The translations under genes and the position numbers were made by a program. From an uncultured Acidobacteriota bacterium (GTDB lineage: Bacteria; Acidobacteriota; Terriglobia; UBA7540), in contig CAWDSK010000001.1 in NCBI GenBank assembly GCA_963804995.1, positions 480,001 to 544,000 of the forward strand: DNA of 64,000 bases. Reading direction: 5' to 3'. Below, piece after piece: positions 38,218 through 49,831 of the stretch. Under the pieces are notes generated by a model that was not told the origin of the DNA, did not search any database, and was given only the letters and a program-made list of their open reading frames with translations. Each line of letters begins with the position of its first letter. Within the stretch, counting starts at the first letter, position 1.

Positions 38218-39861
38218 ATGGCACGTTTCGTCATTACCGATCCCTCCGACCGGACCCAGATTTTTGAGATTTCCAGCCCTACGGTAAGTGTGGGACGGGC
38301 GGAATCCAACGATCTGGTTTTGCGGCACCCCAGTGTCTCCCGCCACCACGCGCGCATCACCGTGCTTCCCGGCGACACCACCCTGCTGATTGACCTGGGC
38401 AGCCTGAACGGAACCTTTGTGAACGGCGGGCAGATTCAGGAGCACAGCCTTTCTGACCAGGACCGCGTCGGCATCGGTATGTACGAGCTTAAGTATGAGA
38501 CGGCCATTTCTCACGACTTGCACATTGAGTCCGTGGGCGGCGTCGTGACTGATGTGGACGGCTTGGTGGGCTCAGAAGACCTGAGTACCGCCCTGCGGGT
38601 CGCCTCCCCCCTGGCGCCTCCCACCGCGGTGCCCATCCAGGAACGCATGAAGGTCCTGGAGAAGGAGAACAAACTCCTAAAATTGCTCCTGGCAGTGGGC
38701 AAGACACTCTCTTCTCTTCTGACGCCCGAAGAAGTCATGCACCGGGTCATGGAACTGGTATTTCAAATGGAGAACGTGGACCGGGGCTTCGTCATGCTTC
38801 GCGACGAGAAGAAGGGGTTCAAGCCCGCCGTGCTCCTTTACAAAGAGGAGAGCATGAAAGCCCAGGCGCGAGGTGTGGCCCTGTCCACCACGGTGATTGA
38901 CCGGGTCATGAGTGACCGTGTGCCGCTGCTGATTCATGACGTGGGCAGCGACGAACGCTTTTCCTCCAGCGCGAGCCTGCGGATATCCGGCATCCGCTCC
39001 GCGATGTGCGCCCCGCTGATTTACAAAGACCGCGTGTTTGGGCTCTTTTACGTTGATTGCCTGAGCAAGCCCTACGCGTTCTCCCAGGAAGAACTGGGCA
39101 TTTTTTCGGTCATCGCCGCCGAGGCCTCCATCAGCTTCGACAATGCGCGCTCGCATGAGGAACTGGCCCGCCAGCTTGTGGAGCGGAAAGCGCTCGAACG
39201 GTACATGAGTCCCAACATCGTCGAAAAGATTGTCGCCAACCCCGATGAAGTCCATCTCGGGGGAGAAAATCAAACTGTCACCATCTTGTTTTCCGACATT
39301 CGGGGTTTTACTCGAATGTCGGAAAACATGGAACCACACGCCGTGGTGGAACTACTCAATGAATACTTCTCGGAGATGACGGACCTCATCTTTGAAAGCG
39401 GTGGCACGCTCGACAAATACCTTGGCGATGGAATCATGGCGGTCTATGGAGCTCCGTTTCCGAAGGCCGATGACGCTCTGCGCGCCACCAAGACCGCCAT
39501 GGAAATGCAGCGCGCCCTGGTTGCTCTCAATCGCGATTGGGAAAGCCGGGGACAACAGCCCCTCCGGGTAGGAGTGGGAGTGAACACGGGTCCCGTCACG
39601 GCAGGCAACATCGGCTCTGCCAAACGCTTGGATTACACCGTCATCGGGGATGCTGTCAATCTGGCCTCGCGCTTGTGCGCGAACGCCGCGGGAGGACAAA
39701 TCCTCATCTCCGAATCAACCTTCGCTCTCCTGAATGGCATCATACCGGCGCAACGCCTGGAGCCCATCCTGGTGAAAGGCAAGGAGACGCCAGTGGAGCT
39801 CTACGAGATCCTCTGGCAGGATGCCGTCCCCCAGGAAGACAACATGCAATTTCCGGGGTAA
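38218..39861 (+). CDS. FHA-GAF-class III adenylate cyclase
   Basis: FHA VGR..VSRHHA..SLNGTFVNG; GAF IRSAMCAPL; cyclase LFSDIRGFT, DKYLGDG, YTVIGDAVNLASRL, VKGK. Confidence 0.95.
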   Translation: MARFVITDPSDRTQIFEISSPTVSVGRAESNDLVLRHPSVSRHHARITVLPGDTTLLIDLGSLNGTFVNGGQIQEHSLSDQDRVGIGMYELKYETAISHDLHIESVGGVVTDVDGLVGSEDLSTALRVASPLAPPTAVPIQERMKVLEKENKLLKLLLAVGKTLSSLLTPEEVMHRVMELVFQMENVDRGFVMLRDEKKGFKPAVLLYKEESMKAQARGVALSTTVIDRVMSDRVPLLIHDVGSDERFSSSASLRISGIRSAMCAPLIYKDRVFGLFYVDCLSKPYAFSQEELGIFSVIAAEASISFDNARSHEELARQLVERKALERYMSPNIVEKIVANPDEVHLGGENQTVTILFSDIRGFTRMSENMEPHAVVELLNEYFSEMTDLIFESGGTLDKYLGDGIMAVYGAPFPKADDALRATKTAMEMQRALVALNRDWESRGQQPLRVGVGVNTGPVTAGNIGSAKRLDYTVIGDAVNLASRLCANAAGGQILISESTFALLNGIIPAQRLEPILVKGKETPVELYEILWQDAVPQEDNMQFPG

Positions 39862-39899
39862 ACCATTTCTGCGCTGGATCGACCCCGGGGGTCCACAGA

Positions 39900-41348
39900 A
39901 TGCTTTTGCCACCATCGATTTTCTCACGTTCTTTGACTCTTGCCGCCATCGTCTGGGTCCTCGTGACCTGCTCCGTACCGGCCGTCGCGCAGCAGCCCGA
40001 ACCGCCCCCTCAGTTGCCCGAGGAGATTCGGGGTGCCAAGATTTACCAGCTTCCCACCAAAGGTGGCCAGCCGGCGCCCAACCCCGCCGTTTACAAGAGT
40101 ATCGGGTTTCAAGATATTAATTTCGAGCGCCTGTTGCTGTCTCTCTCGATCAGCATTAGGCCCGTGGATCGCGCCGCCACCGTGGAGCGGATTTACTTCC
40201 AGGATGTGCGCGTAAACGGCATTCCTGTTCACATTGAGACCTTCGAAAAGGAATTCAAACTTTCGAATAAGCAAACCGTTGACTTGCCCGCCCCGCTTAA
40301 TTGTTCCATCATTTTTGCCGATCTTGATTCCCTCAAACCCGTCCAGGACATGGTGGACCAGGACAAGATTCAGATCACCGGGCAAAGCTTCGTCGAGGTC
40401 AAGCTGAGTTCTCTCGAAAAACTTGCGGTGCGGGCCAAGCAGTTGGTGATTCCGTCCTCCCTGAACGAACAGGTCCCCTTGAATCTCTTCCAGGGCAACC
40501 CCTTGCTGCGCATGACGGCCGACACGATTCTGGCCAAGCTGGCGGATCCTTCTTCCGCCGCGGCCCTCAACATGGCGAAGGAACATCTGGCCAAGATGCA
40601 TCAGGACCAGACCGTGGGCGCCGTAGTAAAACCGGCTTTGTATCTGTTGTACACACAATATGCGGTGCGCGACCCGAAGACCAAAGCCACCGAGGTATTC
40701 TCGCAATCCGGGACCGGCTTCCTGGTCAGCAAAGATGGAAAGATGCTGACCACCAAACGCGTGGTTGAGCCCTGGAAGTTCGACTCCCCGGTCGCCTTCC
40801 TGTTGCAAAACCTGCACCTCGAGCTGGACAAGGATAGTGTGAAGACCTACGCCTGGCCGGCGGGGGCCCAGGTGATTGGAGCGGACGGCCAACCGGATTT
40901 TCAATCGGCCCTCAGCACTGAGAAACAGACCTTGAAGGTCCTCCAAACGTCTCCTGACCAGATGACCCAGCAGGTCTACCAGGACCCGGACTCAGCCCAG
41001 CAGGCCACCCTGAGTCTCCACGCCGAAGGTGAGTCTGATCTGGCCCTGCTGCAGCTCACGGGGACGGACTTTCACCCCTTGGCCTTCCTGGAGGCGGCGC
41101 CCGACCTTGCCACCAACCCCAATTTTGTTTTGTGCGGATATCCCTTCGGCGCCAGCCAACCTCAAACGGCCCCGCGCCTTCTGGGCGTCAAGGTGCAGTT
41201 GCAGGAGGGCGCCACGGTGATGGACCACCAGGCGGATGCCGGTGAATCGGGTGCGCCTTTGCTCAATGCCGAAGGCAAGGTTGTGGCTATGGCCGCCTCG
41301 GGCCACCAGTGTATTTCCATCCAGACCGCTCGGAAACTAGTCCCATGA
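39900..41348 (+). CDS. Exported protein with LEA2-like N-terminus and trypsin-like domain (catalytic His absent)
   Basis: SGTGFLVSKDGKMLTTKRVV, SDLALL, GYPFG, AGESGAPLLN..G.VV. Confidence 0.8.
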   Translation: MLLPPSIFSRSLTLAAIVWVLVTCSVPAVAQQPEPPPQLPEEIRGAKIYQLPTKGGQPAPNPAVYKSIGFQDINFERLLLSLSISIRPVDRAATVERIYFQDVRVNGIPVHIETFEKEFKLSNKQTVDLPAPLNCSIIFADLDSLKPVQDMVDQDKIQITGQSFVEVKLSSLEKLAVRAKQLVIPSSLNEQVPLNLFQGNPLLRMTADTILAKLADPSSAAALNMAKEHLAKMHQDQTVGAVVKPALYLLYTQYAVRDPKTKATEVFSQSGTGFLVSKDGKMLTTKRVVEPWKFDSPVAFLLQNLHLELDKDSVKTYAWPAGAQVIGADGQPDFQSALSTEKQTLKVLQTSPDQMTQQVYQDPDSAQQATLSLHAEGESDLALLQLTGTDFHPLAFLEAAPDLATNPNFVLCGYPFGASQPQTAPRLLGVKVQLQEGATVMDHQADAGESGAPLLNAEGKVVAMAASGHQCISIQTARKLVP

Positions 41349-43323
41349 AACTTCATAAACGCTATTTTAGGATTCTGGTTTGTGTTGCCAGCTTGACGTT
41401 TTTCTTTGCCCTGACTCTCCCGCTCTTCTCCCAAACTCAGGAAACCCTAACGTCCCAATTAAAGGAAAAGCTCTCCAAGACCGGTATTTTCTTCCGGGCT
41501 GACGCTCCACGTTGGCTGCGGAATCCTGATGACACGGATCTCCCCATCTACCTTGAGATCATCAACGGCGTCGAGCAGGAAGCGCATACCACCGGGTCCT
41601 CCGTATCACACTACATCACGCGCGACCCGCTGAAGCTCGAGGGTGTGAACATTTATTTGAAACCCACTGGGGCGCGGCACAAATTCGCCCCGGAACCCCT
41701 GCTTCTGGGAACGAGCAAAGACTATTCCTTTGACGCGCGAACCGGCGGACAGCCCCTGGGGATTCAAGACCGGCTGAAGAAGCCTCTGGTGGTGCCCCGC
41801 GAGCTGGTGAAATCTTTTCTCGCCAGCCACTACTTGGGTGGACCCTACTCAACGGTAGACCTCTGGGTTTCCTTTCGCGTGGTGGATTGGCCTAACCAGG
41901 ACTTCTATCTGCGCGTCGGCCTGGATGCTCCGCCGCTGCCGCACATCCCCAACTGGTATCGGGGCGACCTGCACTACCACACAGCTTTCACCGATAACCC
42001 CGCCGAGCGCGGGTACCCGCTCAGCGTCACCCGACAGGCGGCGCTCCAGGCGGGACTGGACTGGGTGCTCACGTCCGATCATTCTACTGACCTCTCCCCC
42101 GAACGCTATCAGCAGGAATTGAACGACGTAAAGCAGTATCGCGACAGCCGGATGATGCTGATTCGCGGCGAAGAGATGACCCTTGCCTCCAGCCAGGATG
42201 CGATACTGACCACTGTCCACATGGTTGCGGCGCCCTCGCCTGACGATCCCGACAAGGGCTTTCCGGACCCTGCCAATCCCGCCAGCACGGTGGTGGTGAC
42301 GGGTGATGGCTCTCCCTCTTCCGCGTCCATGCCCATCAAGGAGGCTTTGGCGCGCATCGCTGCGGCAGGCGGATTTGCCTATGCGGCGCATCCCTTCGAC
42401 CCCATCAGTCCGGTCATGCGAGGTGGTAAGTGGGATTTGGACGCGGATTTCCTGGCCCCGGATGGGAAGGGGCTCCAGGCCGGTCTGGTCGGGTTGGAAC
42501 CCTGGAACCGCGCCACCAACCGCACCGCGGATGATATGCGTGACCCTTTCTGTGTCCGTCAACAGGAAGATACAAGCGCCTGCTTCCAACCCGATCAGGA
42601 CGCCAACCAGTACGTGCGCCTGGAACAAGGAATCAAGGTTGGGTGGCAGCCATTGCTCCAGCGCGGCCTCCGGCCACGTGGTGATGGAGTGGATGCCCCG
42701 CTATTTAAAACCTTCCTAGGAGCGGGGTCGGACGCCCATGGTGACCTGAATTACGAAGCCACCATGGATGTCACCGACTTCCTCGGCAAACCATCGCGCG
42801 GCATAAACGGCTATGCGGAAGACAACGCCCTCGGCCGGATTTCTACGGTGGTCTATGCGCCGAACGGCATGGGGGCGCGCGGTGAAAACGTCCTGCGTGC
42901 CCTGCGGGAGGGCCGCAGCGTCGCAAGCAATGGCCCGATCCTCGTCGCCGGCTTCGACCGCAATTCCAACGGCTCTCTTGCCGACCCCGGAGATGTGGGG
43001 ATTGGGCAGGATATCTCCTGCCCGCTCAAATCTCTTCCCCCCCTGCAACTTCTCTGGGTGAGCAGTGAAGAATTTGGGCCCCTGCAATCCATCCGGCTGA
43101 TTGTGGGAACGCGCACCGGAGAGTTGCCACCTGTCGAAGTGCCCGTGCCGCCTTCCCAAGGGCTCTGAGCGGAGGCATTGTTCCCTTTGACCTTCACCAG
43201 GTCTGGAAGGAAGGTTCGGGAGAGTGGAAGTATATTCGCTTGGAGGCTATAACACGAAACATCACCAAAGATGAGTTTCGCTGCTATACTAACCCCATCT
43301 GGATGAAAGTCACCGGCGATTAG
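41345..43323 (+). CDS. Exported PHP-fold (CehA/McbA-like) metallohydrolase with a frameshift near 43162
   Basis: WYRGDLHYHT, LDW...SDH, GEE, AAHP, GSDAH, ALREGR..SNGP; C-terminus YIRLEA...CYTNPIW continues in another frame to TAG 43323. Confidence 0.82.
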
Positions 43324-43357
43324 CAGACGCCGATCACAAACGAGAAGAGCATAGACC

Positions 43358-44677
43358 ATGAGCGCAGACACAACAGAACAAGGAACAGTCCGTTACATGC
43401 GGTGCACCTCCTGCGGAAATATGAACCCCGCGTCTTCGCCGACATGTTCGCGCTGCGGAAAACCGTTGCATGCCGCGCCAACACCAACGCCCCCGCCCCG
43501 CCCCGTGGCGGCGCCGGTCGTCGCCCAAGTCATCTGCCCGAAGTGCCACAAATCGTTTCCGGTGGGGAGTAAGTTCTGCGGCTTCTGCGGTACGCCCTTG
43601 CCGGCTTCAGCGCCTGCTGCGGCAGCCCCGCCTGTGCCCGTGCAGCAGCCTGTGGCGCCGGCTCGGCCGCCTGCGCCCGTGGCCGCTCCGCCCCCGCACC
43701 CTGTGGTTCCACCGAAACCCGTGGCGCCGCCGCCCGCACCACCTGTGGCCCGGCCCGTGGCTCCCCCTCCGCGGCCCATGCCGCCGGCTCCGGCCCCGCC
43801 GGTTGCCAGGCCGGTTCCGCCTGCGCCCGTGGCCGCTCCGCTCCCACGCCCCCAGGTTCCTCCCAAACCTGTGGCACCGCCGCCCGCACCGCCTGTGGCC
43901 CGCCCACCGGCTCCGGCGCCGGTCCCGAAGCCCGTTCCCCCTGCACCGCCCGTGGCTCCTCCGCGTCCCGCTCCAGCGGAGGGTACCGTAGTGTTTACGG
44001 GCCTGCACGTGGGGCAAATCGAAGCCAAGATTTCGGAAAAGAAACCGGACGGGTCGGTGGGGAAATCCGTGGCCATCACCAAGGAAACACTCATTGGCCG
44101 CGAAGGCTGCGATCTAAGCTACCCCCAGGATCAACTGCTGTCACCACGGCACGCTTCCCTTCGAGTGCGCGAAGGCAAGCTCATGTTGCGGGACCTGAAC
44201 AGCCAGAACGGATCCTTCATTCGGCAAAGGGAAGACAGCGAGCTCGCCCCTGGTGACGTCTTTCTGCTGGGACGTGAACTCTTTCGCTTCACGACTCAGG
44301 GGCTGGACGAGGGTCCGAGCAAGGATCCCACTCAGGGTACGGTGATGTGGAGCGGTCCGCCCAAGCTTCAGAAGGGGCCCCTATCAGCCAAGCTCGAACA
44401 TATCAAGTTGAATGGGGATATCGTGGCGGAGTTCAAACTCGAAAAGCCGGAGACAACCCTGGGCCGGACCACGGGGGACCTGATCTTCAAAGAAGATCCC
44501 TACATGTCGGGAACGCACGCCCGCATCGTGGCTCAACCGGGACGCTTTGTTCTTCAGGATTTGCACAGCCGGAACGGCGTGTATCGCCGTGTGCGAAACG
44601 AAACTGAACTCGTCGACAACGACGAGTTCTTCATGGGCGAGCAGCTTTTCCACGTAGAAATAAAGACCGTCAGTTAG
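43358..44677 (+). CDS. Double zinc ribbon, Pro-rich linker and tandem FHA protein
   Basis: CxxC pairs; IGR..LSPRHA..SQNG and LGR..MSGTHA..SRNG. Confidence 0.9.
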   Translation: MSADTTEQGTVRYMRCTSCGNMNPASSPTCSRCGKPLHAAPTPTPPPRPVAAPVVAQVICPKCHKSFPVGSKFCGFCGTPLPASAPAAAAPPVPVQQPVAPARPPAPVAAPPPHPVVPPKPVAPPPAPPVARPVAPPPRPMPPAPAPPVARPVPPAPVAAPLPRPQVPPKPVAPPPAPPVARPPAPAPVPKPVPPAPPVAPPRPAPAEGTVVFTGLHVGQIEAKISEKKPDGSVGKSVAITKETLIGREGCDLSYPQDQLLSPRHASLRVREGKLMLRDLNSQNGSFIRQREDSELAPGDVFLLGRELFRFTTQGLDEGPSKDPTQGTVMWSGPPKLQKGPLSAKLEHIKLNGDIVAEFKLEKPETTLGRTTGDLIFKEDPYMSGTHARIVAQPGRFVLQDLHSRNGVYRRVRNETELVDNDEFFMGEQLFHVEIKTVS

Positions 44678-44845
44678 GGCTGGCTGGAATCGCGAGGCCC
44701 TCGCTTCATTTCAGTTTCTTGCTGAGCTCTAACCCGCAGCCGCAGCGCCTTACAGTGTGTCGGCGAAGCAAGGCATTTCCCCAGACGCTATCGCCTCGGT
44801 TCCGCGCCGCGCGCCCCGAGCCACTTTCCCGCTTCCCGGACAGAT

Positions 44846-45211
44846 CTATCTCGTTACTGCCTGCTTCATAGCCTGCTTTTCAATCAGGGGCATGCGCGTC
44901 TTGAAGTAATTGTCCAGAGTCTTGGGGAGCTCGTTGTTCATTCTCACCACAAAATCATCCTGGGCCTTCTTCATCTTCTGGTCGATGCCCGCCGCGTCTT
45001 GATTGAGCTGCTCCATTTTTTGCTGCAACTGCTCCGACTGTTGCAAGGCCGTTCCCATCATCTGTTTTTGCAGAAGCAGGCCCAGGCGCGCCAGTTCATC
45101 ACTATTCCTGGCCAGTTGCGACGCGACGTAGAAGTTTGCAAAGACTGCCAAGAGGGTGAGCACCAGAACTATGTAAAGCAGGTTGCGTACCGTGGAAACA
45201 CCGCTGTCCAT
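44846..45211 (-). CDS. Small membrane-anchored coiled-coil protein
   Basis: One TM helix then a Q-rich coiled coil; AAAGGAG RBS; follows the ABC gene. Confidence 0.75.
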   Translation of the reverse strand: MDSGVSTVRNLLYIVLVLTLLAVFANFYVASQLARNSDELARLGLLLQKQMMGTALQQSEQLQQKMEQLNQDAAGIDQKMKKAQDDFVVRMNNELPKTLDNYFKTRMPLIEKQAMKQAVTR

Positions 45212-45238
45212 GCTGACTCCTTTGTGCAAGGGGCTATG

Positions 45239-48200
45239 CTATTTCACATCCTTGCGTTTCATCACCACCAGGATGAGCACAATCATCAGAAGGGCGTACC
45301 CGGTCATAATCCCCAAGTACGGCCCCTTGTCCTTAAGAAAACTGGAGGGCAGGGGGAATTCGCCGGAAGCCGCCACGGCTTCGGCCGGCTGCTCCAAACC
45401 CTGCCTCGAGGCTTTCGACATCATCCGGATGCAGAGAAATCGTGATGGTGTTGAGGATTTTGTAAGCGTAGTCCTCGGTAGAATGCGCGCCATGCACGCA
45501 CAGGTCGGACAGCGCTTCCAAACCCCAGCGCGAGATCGCCAGCGTCGAAAGCCAGCGGACGGGCGTCCCCATGCCCTCAACGGGAGCAGGGGTGAACCGG
45601 TGGAAACAATCCGCGATTTCCGGGGACGGTGTCATCGCCCCCGCCACTTGATGCGCAAAGCGGCCCTGGTCGGAGGGTTGCTCGGCTGCTGCGGGATTAG
45701 CCGCCCCACCGCCCGCCCCTAAGACAGGATAGGCGACGCCTTTGCAAGGTTGCAGGATCTTTTGCACCTTGGCGTTCGCCTCCGGCTGGGCAAACATCTT
45801 CCCTTCCATAAGCTGTTCCACGGTGATCGGAATGATCGTTTGGACGGGCCGGACCGGCAGGAACAAGCCACAGAGCAGCAATTCCGGAATCAGCACGAGC
45901 GGAAACAGCGTGAGGGCTTTTTCCGGAGTGGCCACCAGGCTTGAAATCAGCAGGCCGATCAGGGTGCCGTTCACCGCCACCAGAAACATGATGAGGATCG
46001 CCGCGCCGGCTTCCGGCAGGCTCAGCGATAGGGCGTGATTGACCGCCAGCAAGATGATGACGACCGACACGCACTGCGCCAGCGCCACCACCGACAAGAC
46101 GAAAAGTTTGGAAAGGATGTAGGAGGGGATCTTCAGCCCGGTCTGCCGCTCGCGTCTGTAAATCGTCTGCTCGTCCACGATTTCGCGCACCGCATTGGAG
46201 CAGCCGAACCATAGCGAGGAGAACATCGCCATGAAGATGGTCTGCACCTGGTTGGGTCCTCCCGCCATCAAGGCCACGAGCAGCGCCACCAAGGGAGCCT
46301 GTGCGAACAGCAAAATAGTTTGCGCCCGGTCGCTGAATTTCAATTCCCAGTTGCGCTGCAACAGGGTGCTGAACTGGTGCAGGCTGAAGCCCTTTTCCTT
46401 GGGCCGAGTCTCGCCCGCAGCGGGTGCTGCACCCATCTGAGACACTCTTTCGGCGGGAATGTTTTTCTGCGGCTCGATCACCAGGTCTTGATATAACTGC
46501 GCTTCCTGAAATCGCTTCTTCAACTCCAGCGCGTATGGAACCGTGTTGTTGTCGGTCAGGTCGTCGTAAACGTCGGGAGGAGACTCCGCCTTGAAATAAT
46601 CCAGGAACTTTGTTCCCGGGCCGTAGTAGGCAAGCCGCCCCTGCACAAGGACGACGACTTTATCCAGGACGCCGAACGACCCCAAGAGATGCGTCGTAAT
46701 GACAATGGTGGAACCCTGGTTGGCGAGTTGCCGGAACAGCATCATCATCAGCGTCTCGGTGCGCGGATCCAGGCCTGCCGTGGGCTCATCCAAAAAGAGC
46801 ACGCCGGGTTTGGGGAGCAACTCGATTCCCAAGCTAACCCGCTTGCGCTGCCCGCCGCTCAGGGTGGCCACCGGATTATCCCAGCGCTGGGGGTCCAGCT
46901 TCAGGGTGTCCAGCATCTCTTCCACCCGGCGGTTGATTTCGTCATCGGAAATATCATCCGGCAAGCGCAGTCTCGCCGCGTAGTAAAGGCAGCGGCGAAC
47001 GCTGAGCTGCCGGTGCATGATGTCTTCCTGGGGAACAAATCCAATGCTCAACTTCAGCGCGTCCAGGTTGTGGTACAGATCCACGCCGTTGTAAAGCACT
47101 TTGCCGGAGGTGGGCTTCACAAAGCCGTTCAACGCATTCATCAAGGTGGTTTTTCCCGCCCCGCTGGGTCCCAGCAGGCCAATCAGTTCCTTGGGCTTGA
47201 CCACCAACGAAAGGTCATCCAACAGCAGCTTGGGCTTGCCGGTGTTGTTGTCCGTAACCTGGAAATTCAGGTGCACGGAATCCAGCCGCATGACGTGCCG
47301 GTCCGGGGCATGGGAGAGGGTCCCACCACTGAAATGGAGTTCCGAAGGGCCGATGACCACCCGGTCCAAATCCTGGAGTTCGTGGCGTTTGATGCGAATG
47401 CCGTTCACAAACGTCCCGTTGGTGGAGCCCATATCGACGATCAGAATCTTGCCGTTCTGCTTGATGATCTCCGCGTGTTTTTTCGAGACGATGGGGTGGG
47501 CCACCACCACGTCGCAGTCGGGATCGCGGCCGATGACTAGATGGTCTTTGCTCAGATCGATGCTTTCCAGCTTGAGCTGCGGTTCCAGGCCCGTGCGGAA
47601 AATCAGTGACTTGCCGGAGTACCGTCCGAAGGTGATGTAATCGCCGTCATGCAATTCGCTGGAAGTGATCCGGATCCCGTTAACAAACGTTCCGTTGGTG
47701 GATTTATCGGTCAGGGTGACTTGCGCATTCTTGACGGTAAACTCCGCGTGTACGGCGGAAACCGAAGAGTGCTCCATGACCATCTGGCAGCGTGCCGGGT
47801 CGCGCCCCACCACCAGACCTGTCTCAGGGATGTCCTCACTCTTCACGGCGAACTTGTCAACGATCAGCTCAACGTGCGGGCGGGCCATCAGGTCCGTAAG
47901 CTTGATGGCCACAGTTTCGCCCCTGGTACTTTCCTCCTTTTGCGCGGCGGCGATGTCCGCCTGGCTCACCATGGAGGTCACGACGTGGCCATCCTCTTCG
48001 GCTGCCCCCCGACGCGCCGCTGCAACTGGGGGAGGAGCAGCAGCGACCGGAACATAAGACTCGATGTGAAAGAGATGTTTGTCGGCGGCGCCGATGGAAA
48101 TCAAATCGTCCGGCTTCACCACCGCTTCCTGAATGCGTCCGTGGTTGAGGTAGGTCCCATTGGCGGAATTCTTGTCGCGAATCACCACCTCACCAGCATT

Positions 48201-48533
48201 GTTCAATCCAATCCAGGCATGTTGGCGAGAGACCTGGTCATCGGCAAGCACAACCTGGCAGTTGGCATGATCGCGACCGAGGGTCAGCCCTTTAGGCGTG
48301 ATGGTGAAGGTGCGCCCGGAGAGGGGGCCGGAGGTGGCGACTAGTCGAAAGGCGGAGGGAGGGGAGGCCGGAGTCTCCAGGGCGACGGTGGGAGTTTCCT
48401 CCTCACTGGAGCCCGAATCCACGGAGACGGCGATGGTGGGGATGGCTTCTTCCGCCGCCCCCAGCGCGTGACCACAAACTCTGCAAAACCGGTACCCTTC
48501 CTCATTCACTTCGCCGCAGACGGGGCATTTCAT
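45239..48533 (-). CDS. Zinc ribbon, three FHA domains and ABC exporter (ATPase plus permease, Rv1747-like) with a frameshift near 45398
   Basis: CPVCG..CRVCG; three GR..S..H..NGT FHA motifs; GPSGAGKTT, LSGGQ, LFLDEP; REIV.E..IYRRER; last TM helix ..LILVVMKRKDVK lies in ORF 45239-45580. Confidence 0.92.
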
Positions 48534-48669
48534 GGCCTTGGACCTCGTTGTCCAGTTTGAGTGCGGTGCCGCGACGGAGAACGTCAGGTCATCATCGTGA
48601 CGCTCGTGCCGCACGCCCACCCTGCCAGCCAGGGGCGGGTGGGGTCTTCCGAAAGCCTGATTTGCGAAT

Positions 48670-49587
48670 TTACGTACGCGGTTTGAAATCTTCTTCGTTG
48701 AATTCTTTGCATTCGACGGAAGCGGTAGCGTCCGCGGGGGAAAGCCCTTGCCCCGAAAACTCCGCCAGGATCAACGTGACGTTGTCGGTCCCACCATGGG
48801 CATTAGCCTTCTCAATAAGGGCTTTGCACTTGTCGGCCAGCCCGCTCTCCTGGTTTGCCGTCTCCAGAATCTCAGGTTCGGGCACCATGTTGTAGAGCCC
48901 GTCGCTGCACAGCAGGATCTTGTCTCCCTGGAACACTTTCGTGTAAGTGACCTTCACATCCAGCGTTTCACTGCTCCCCACAGCCTGCGTCAGGATACTT
49001 TTCCGGCTGTCCTTTTCCGGGTCGGCCGGCAACTCAGCCCCGATGTCTTTAAGGTAGTTCAGGAACGTCTGGTCCCGGGTTAACTGCGTGACCTTTTTGT
49101 TGCGAAATATATAAGCGCGGGAATCGCCTACTTGCCCCACCAGGAGGTACTGGCCGAAAAGGGCCGCCGCCGTTGTGGTGGTCCCCATGCCCCGGTAAGC
49201 GGGGTTACCCTGCGCCTTCTGGAAAATAATCTGATTGGCGTACTCAATGGCCTCGCGCAAAAGGATAACGAAGTTGGCTTCACTGACCGTGCCCAACGAC
49301 TTCAGGTTGTCATACAAACGCTTGGGAACCGTCACGGCGGCAAGCTGGCTGGCGACTTCGCCGCTCGCTTCGCCTCCCATCCCGTCCGCCACCATGAAGA
49401 GTGAACCATACGTCCCCACGTCGTGTTCGCGGATCGACGGCGAAAGCCCCACCTCTCCAGTGGTTAGATTGCACACCACAAAATTATCTTCGTTATTCTT
49501 GCGGACTCGACCCACGTCCGACATCCCGAACAGGCTCACATGAATGGCCTTCGGATCACTCCCCGTCGTTTCGGCCACGTCCCCCAC
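48670..49587 (-). CDS. PP2C-family Ser/Thr phosphatase (Stp1-like)
   Basis: SDVGRVRKNNED, VADGMGG, GMGTT, VGDSRAY, LLCSDGL, GG.DNVT. Confidence 0.96.
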   Translation of the reverse strand: MGDVAETTGSDPKAIHVSLFGMSDVGRVRKNNEDNFVVCNLTTGEVGLSPSIREHDVGTYGSLFMVADGMGGEASGEVASQLAAVTVPKRLYDNLKSLGTVSEANFVILLREAIEYANQIIFQKAQGNPAYRGMGTTTTAAALFGQYLLVGQVGDSRAYIFRNKKVTQLTRDQTFLNYLKDIGAELPADPEKDSRKSILTQAVGSSETLDVKVTYTKVFQGDKILLCSDGLYNMVPEPEILETANQESGLADKCKALIEKANAHGGTDNVTLILAEFSGQGLSPADATASVECKEFNEEDFKPRT

Positions 49588-49831
49588 CTTCCCCTGGTTG
49601 CAATGACTGCCAACCTCAAGTGAAACAGCACTCGCTTGCTGCTAGTGTAACTTGAGAATCAGTTCGAGTTTACCTCAAAAGGAATCCTGTCTCCGCTCCG
49701 GCTTATTCTCGCGTGTCGGTCAACCGCCGACTACCTGCTCGCCAGGGGGCTGGCTTTTGAGGATTGAAATGACCGCTCTTTCTTACCACAGCCGCAGTCC
49801 CGTATCAAGTCAATTGGCGCTTAACCGCGGT

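Noticed and set aside
43600..43980. DNA-level repeat array
   Set aside because: Explained by the Pro/Ala/Val-rich protein linker
36158..49587. Type VI secretion regulatory locus (PpkA/PppA/Fha)
   Set aside because: No T6SS core genes are present, and the domain architectures differ
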